From contig CABXWC010000003.1 of assembly GCA_902515855.1 (NCBI GenBank), positions 4,289 through 68,288 of the forward strand: 64,000 bases of DNA. Reading direction: 5' to 3'. Made by a program: the position numbers and the translations under genes. This document shows positions 59,988 to 64,000 of the stretch, piece after piece. How positions within the stretch are numbered: the first letter of the stretch is position 1; each line of letters starts with the position of its first letter. The notes under the pieces were generated by a model. That model was not told the DNA's origin. It searched no databases and worked only from the letters and a program-made list of their open reading frames with translations. Origin of the DNA: an uncultured SAR92 cluster bacterium. Lineage in GTDB: Bacteria > Pseudomonadota > Gammaproteobacteria > Pseudomonadales > Porticoccaceae.

Positions 59988-62156
59988 TTACAGTGCTTTT
60001 AAATTTGCCGAAGATAATATTAGTATCTTTGTACCTGCCTGCTCAAAACTCACATGCACTCGAGCCCTAGGTCCATTTCCCTCGAAATTCAAAATAACCC
60101 CATCACCATAAACATGATGACTCACTCTTTGCCCAAGTTCAAATCCAGTGAGGTCTCCGTGATCGCTCTTCATCGCGCTTACAGCAAAGCTAGTGGGTCT
60201 TACCACTGTGTTTTTTAGACGTACCTCTTTAAGAAACTCTGCAGGGACATCTCTTACAAATCTGGATATTGGATTGAAGTGATCAGTTCCATATAAACTT
60301 CTCGTCTCTGCACAGGTAAAGAAGAGCCTTTGCATTGCGCGTGTTATTCCAACATAGGCCAATCGTCTCTCTTCCTCCAGCCTACCCGGTTCATTTTGTG
60401 ACATCTTATGAGGAAATAAGTTTTCTTCCATACCAGCCATAATGACCATTGGAAATTCAAGACCTTTCGCACTATGAAGAGTCATCAATTGCACTGCATC
60501 TTGGTGCTCATTAGCTTGTCTATCACCAGCGTCTAAAGAAACTTGATCTAGAAACTGAGGCAAAACTGGCAACTCACTTTGATCAGCTGAAAAGTTTTTA
60601 CACGCACCAATCAATTCTTCTAAGTTCTCAACTCTGGATTGGCCACGCTCACCTTTTTCTCTTCGGTGCATATCAATCAGGCCACTCATCTCCAATACAT
60701 TTTCAGTAATTTCCGGAAGAGGTAATGCTTCGAGACTATTTGTCATTTCATTTATAAGATTTAAAAACAAACTAACCGCATTCCCTGACCTAGTAGTTAA
60801 TTGCTGCTCAGAAATCAGTGCTTTCGTTGATGCCCACATCGAAATTGAATTTGCCCTCGCATGCTCCCTGATAGAATCCACAGTTCTCTCGCCTACACCT
60901 CGTGGAGGCATGTTCACCACTCGTTCAAACGCAACATCATCATGACAATTAAAAATAAGCCTCAAATAAGCCAGCGCGTTCTTTATTTCCAGGCGTTCAA
61001 AAAACCTTTGGCCTCCATAGACGCGATATGGAATATCAAATTGCAACAAAGCCGATTCAATAACTCTAGATTGTGCGTTTGATCTGTACAAAACCGCTGC
61101 ATCCTTTCTCGAATTGCCTTGCTCAGACCATGACTTTATATTTTCAACAATATAGCGTGCCTCATCATGTTCATTGAAAGCGGAATACAATAAAATTGGT
61201 TCTCCTTCGCCAAGATCAGTCCACAAGTTTTTTCCAAGCCTACCTGCATTTCTTTTAATTACAGAATTTGCTGCATTTAGTATATTTGAAGTCGATCTGT
61301 AATTTTGTTCTAGCTTTACAACCTTTGTTTTTTGGAAGTCTCGCTCGAAACTTAGTATGTTTTCTACCTTCGCTCCACGCCAGCCATAAATTGATTGATC
61401 ATCATCACCCACTGCCGTAACAGCAGAGGCAGAACTTGAAAGTGTTTTTAACCATTGATATTGAACTGTATTAGTATCTTGAAACTCGTCAACTAATATA
61501 TGCTTGAACCTTTTCTGATAATGCTCAAGTATAGAGGGGCAATTTCTCCACAACTCTAATGCTCTTAATAATAACTCAGCAAAATCGATTACGCCGAGCC
61601 GGTCGCAAAGCTCTTCGTAAGCACGATATACCCGTATCATGACTGACAAATAGGGATCATTATCATCTGAAAAATTATTCGATCTCAAACCCTCATCTTT
61701 TTGAGAATTAATCCACCACTGCGACTGTCTAGGTGGCCATTTCTGATCATCAAGATCTAAAGCTTTTGTTACCCGCTTGATCAGTCTCAACTGATCATCA
61801 CTATCGAGTATTTGGAAATTCTCGGGAAGGTTTGCATCAGACCAGTGCATCTTTAATAATCTATGAGCCAGACCATGAAAAGTACCTACCCACATTCCCC
61901 TTAATGACATTGATAAGAGACCCTCGATTCTGTCTCTCATTTCACCTGCAGCCTTATTTGTGAAAGTAACCGCTAGAATCGCGAACGGAGAAATATTTTC
62001 AACCTGAACTTTCCACGCAATTCTGTGAACAAGTACTCTTGTTTTTCCACTACCCGCACCTGCTAGGACCAATAAATGTTGTTGGTCACTTGTAACTGCT
62101 TGCTCTTGAGTTTCGTTTAAATTTGATAAAATTGAAGTTACATCCATAGGATGCAT
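59988..62156 (-). CDS. uvrD: DNA helicase II
   Basis: 722 aa, collinear with E. coli UvrD (LLVLAGAGSGKTRVLVHRIAW, VTFTNKAA.EMR.RI, ILVDEFQDTN, VGDDDQSIYGWRGA, LEQNYRST.NIL, MTLHSAKGLEF, RRLAYVG.TRAM). The start may be ATG 62147. Confidence 0.9.
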   Translation of the reverse strand: MHPMDVTSILSNLNETQEQAVTSDQQHLLVLAGAGSGKTRVLVHRIAWKVQVENISPFAILAVTFTNKAAGEMRDRIEGLLSMSLRGMWVGTFHGLAHRLLKMHWSDANLPENFQILDSDDQLRLIKRVTKALDLDDQKWPPRQSQWWINSQKDEGLRSNNFSDDNDPYLSVMIRVYRAYEELCDRLGVIDFAELLLRALELWRNCPSILEHYQKRFKHILVDEFQDTNTVQYQWLKTLSSSASAVTAVGDDDQSIYGWRGAKVENILSFERDFQKTKVVKLEQNYRSTSNILNAANSVIKRNAGRLGKNLWTDLGEGEPILLYSAFNEHDEARYIVENIKSWSEQGNSRKDAAVLYRSNAQSRVIESALLQFDIPYRVYGGQRFFERLEIKNALAYLRLIFNCHDDVAFERVVNMPPRGVGERTVDSIREHARANSISMWASTKALISEQQLTTRSGNAVSLFLNLINEMTNSLEALPLPEITENVLEMSGLIDMHRREKGERGQSRVENLEELIGACKNFSADQSELPVLPQFLDQVSLDAGDRQANEHQDAVQLMTLHSAKGLEFPMVIMAGMEENLFPHKMSQNEPGRLEEERRLAYVGITRAMQRLFFTCAETRSLYGTDHFNPISRFVRDVPAEFLKEVRLKNTVVRPTSFAVSAMKSDHGDLTGFELGQRVSHHVYGDGVILNFEGNGPRARVHVSFEQAGTKILILSSANLKAL

Positions 62157-62254
62157 TCTACCAGTTTAAAGAAAAAACCGGCATCAATATTCAAACAACA
62201 AACATATAATTAAAAAAATAATTTACTACAAAACTGGCTTTTTGCTATTGTTTC

Positions 62255-62271
62255 TTGTAAATTTTTTACAA
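62255..62271. promoter_or_regulatory. Candidate HexR operator TTGTAAA-TTT-TTTACAA
   Basis: 7-3-7 inverted repeat ending 14 nt upstream of the hexR TTG start. It fits the TGTAA-N5-TTACA / TTGT..ACAA patterns reported for HexR sites. Confidence 0.45.
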
Positions 62272-62285
62272 AAAAGGAAAGCGGT

Positions 62286-63137
62286 TTGAAGCCTGCACAA
62301 ATAACTCAATTAATAAGTGACAAAATACCAGAGATGCGAAAATCTGAAGTCAAGGTCGCCAACTTAGTTCTTGATGATCCTTTTGCCATGGTAGAAAAAC
62401 GAATCGTAGACATTGCAGAAGACGCCCAAGTCAGCGAACCAACAGTAGTAAGATTCTGTAGAGCGATTGGCTGCAAAGGCTTTCAAGACTTTAAGTTGTC
62501 ATTAGCACAGCAGCTTGCATCTAGTCCAAGTTTTGGACAGATAGCAGTCAAAGACTCTGACTCTACAAAGGAGCTCAGTCAAAAGGTTTTTGACTCTACA
62601 GTTGATTCATTACTAAAAGTACGTGATTCGTTAAATCTTAAAAATATTGAGCTAGCAATAACAAAACTCAATCAAGCGCGCAGGGTAGAATTTTATGGAT
62701 TCGGTGCATCTGCCTCAGTTGCCGCAGATGCACAACATAAATTTTTTAGGTTACGAATCAACTCTGTTTGTTACTCAGATCCGCATTTACAAAACATGTC
62801 TGCATCGTCATTAAATAGTGAAGATGTTGTAATCGCGATTTCACAGTCAGGTAAAACTCAAGCCCTGTTAGATTCGATTAACCTTGTTAAAAAGAGAGGG
62901 GGCACAGTCATTGGTATCGCTCCAAGTTCATCACCCGTAGCCAAACAATCTGATATCCCATTAGAGATCGATGCTGAGGAAGAATTTCAAATTCATACGC
63001 CATTATCATCTCGTATTGCTCAATTAACTATTATCGATACATTAACAATTGGCGTCGCTCAAAAGAAGGGAACCGATTTACAGGATCATCTCAAAAGATT
63101 ACAAACTGGTCTAAAATCCTTGAGATGCGATCAATAA
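62286..63137 (+). CDS. hexR: RpiR/HexR-family transcriptional regulator (HTH_6 + SIS)
   Basis: 283 aa. N-terminal RpiR HTH (AEDAQVSEPTVVRFCRAIGCKGFQDFK) and a SIS domain (FYGFGASA, ISQSGKT). TTG start. Confidence 0.7.
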   Translation: MKPAQITQLISDKIPEMRKSEVKVANLVLDDPFAMVEKRIVDIAEDAQVSEPTVVRFCRAIGCKGFQDFKLSLAQQLASSPSFGQIAVKDSDSTKELSQKVFDSTVDSLLKVRDSLNLKNIELAITKLNQARRVEFYGFGASASVAADAQHKFFRLRINSVCYSDPHLQNMSASSLNSEDVVIAISQSGKTQALLDSINLVKKRGGTVIGIAPSSSPVAKQSDIPLEIDAEEEFQIHTPLSSRIAQLTIIDTLTIGVAQKKGTDLQDHLKRLQTGLKSLRCDQ

Positions 63138-63154
63138 TATAGATCGCATCTCAA
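63120..63154. terminator. 13-bp stem / 9-nt loop hairpin between convergent hexR and the TonB-dependent receptor
   Basis: TTGAGATGCGATC (63120-63132) / GATCGCATCTCAA (63142-63154). The hexR stop TAA (63135-63137) lies in the loop. U-rich runs on both sides are modest. Confidence 0.55.
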
Positions 63155-63164
63155 TTTCTAAAAT

Positions 63165-64000
63165 TTAAAAAGTATATTTAACCTCAGCGTTAAACTCACG
63201 CCCTGGCTCGACAAACATCTCTAAATTTGGATCAGTAACTGTCTTACCTGATACGGTAGTCCAATTCCAATATTTTTTATCTGTGATATTTGATACACCA
63301 AATTTAAGCAGAATATCAGGGCGAACTTGATAGCTTCCAAAAATATCATGAGTTACTCTCCCACCAAGTTCAATCAAATTATTACAGCCGCCGCGACCAC
63401 ATGAAGGCGGCAAATCACTAGGACTACTAGCCACTATAGTTGATAGCCCGTTAAGCTTAATTTTCTCGTTGGAAGACTTCCATGCCAATGACAAAACGGC
63501 TTTCGATGGACTTATGTTTATTAGTTTTTCACCATCACTTGTTCCAAAAGTGCGATTTGCTCCAAATTTGAGGAGCAGATTATCAGAGATCGTTGTTTGA
63601 TAACTTGCCTCTACCCCCTTTATCTCAGCATCATTTAAGTTTACGTATTGATAAACAACGATACCTTGGGGTGTGGCACCGGTAACCGCTGTATCAATGA
63701 AATTTTCATAATCTGTATCATAAGCTGCGAGGGAGAATTGATGACTGTCTATAGTTCCCCGCAAACCCATTTCGAATCCAGAACTTTCCTCTGAATCAAG
63801 ATCTGGATTTGGCGCTACACTGTAGTAATAGGCAAAATTAGTGAATGTTAAATTTGCACTTTCATAATCTGGACTTCTGAAACCCTCTGCATATTGCATA
63901 TAGGCAGAAATATTGTCTGAAAGGTCATACATAATTCCTACTTTAGAAGAAACAGAGCTGTCATCAATATTTGCAAGATCATACCTTGATACATTGCTGT
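63165..64000 (-). CDS. TonB-dependent outer-membrane receptor, C-terminal part (gene continues past the right edge)
   Basis: Alternating beta-strand pattern. It ends ...FNAEVKYTF, with the terminal aromatic residue typical of TBDR barrels. The reading frame stays open to position 64000, so the track's Met at 63932 is internal. Confidence 0.85.
   Translation of the reverse strand, partial: SNVSRYDLANIDDSSVSSKVGIMYDLSDNISAYMQYAEGFRSPDYESANLTFTNFAYYYSVAPNPDLDSEESSGFEMGLRGTIDSHQFSLAAYDTDYENFIDTAVTGATPQGIVVYQYVNLNDAEIKGVEASYQTTISDNLLLKFGANRTFGTSDGEKLINISPSKAVLSLAWKSSNEKIKLNGLSTIVASSPSDLPPSCGRGGCNNLIELGGRVTHDIFGSYQVRPDILLKFGVSNITDKKYWNWTTVSGKTVTDPNLEMFVEPGREFNAEVKYTF

Noticed and set aside
62157-62285. 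Looked for a LexA (SOS) box upstream of uvrD
   Set aside because: No CTGT-N8-ACAG pattern is present. The only palindrome there fits HexR-type sites better.
1-64000. Scan for tRNA, rRNA, CRISPR repeats, IS/transposase, integrase, phage, toxin-antitoxin or known defence genes
   Set aside because: I recognised none by eye. All gaps over 150 bp are divergent promoter regions or the csp leader, and every long ORF has a housekeeping-type assignment. A tRNAscan, Rfam or defence-finder run would be needed to confirm the negative.

Overview
This window looks like a tightly packed, visibly AT-rich stretch of core chromosome from a gammaproteobacterium. The compact layout suggests a streamlined marine lineage, but that is a guess; I computed no composition statistics. 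Gene order follows well-known Pseudomonas and E. coli housekeeping neighbourhoods. From left to right:
- a TonB2-type energizer cluster (partial exbB, TtpC-like, DUF3450/TtpB-like)
- lgt-thyA-folA, then rppH, arfB, a FAH-family gene, a FAD-linked oxidase and a cold-shock protein
- rpmG-rpmB, then coaBC-slmA-pyrE-rph-yicC-gmk-rpoZ-spoT-ridA and recG
- pgk-epd-tkt, diverging from an ArsR/methyltransferase (SahR-like)-metK-ahcY unit
- rsmE and a secreted trypsin-like protease
- serC-serA followed by a FabY-type ketoacyl synthase
- dsbA and cytochrome c4, then engB, polA and zur
- a nine-gene aa3 cytochrome oxidase and assembly cluster
- yheV and yrdA, then purE-tsaC-hemF-aroE, diverging from def-fmt-rsmB-trkA-trkH
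- a lone TRAP solute-binding protein, uvrD, hexR, and the C-terminal part of a TonB-dependent receptor

I call about 68 CDS. One of them, rpmG, is missing from the ORF track, and one is a truncated exbB at the left edge. By eye I found no rRNA, tRNA, CRISPR array, transposase, integrase, phage gene or recognisable defence or toxin module.

I do not see convincing evidence for a wholly new multi-gene system here. The best leads are narrower:
- a stand-alone zur gene preceded by two near-perfect Zur boxes
- a cytochrome oxidase cluster that lacks heme A synthase and contains an uncharacterised membrane-anchored CxxxC protein
- a FabY-type condensing enzyme
- a SahR-like regulator heading metK-ahcY
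- an orphan TRAP binding protein
- two perfect 12-13 bp hairpins that straddle stop codons
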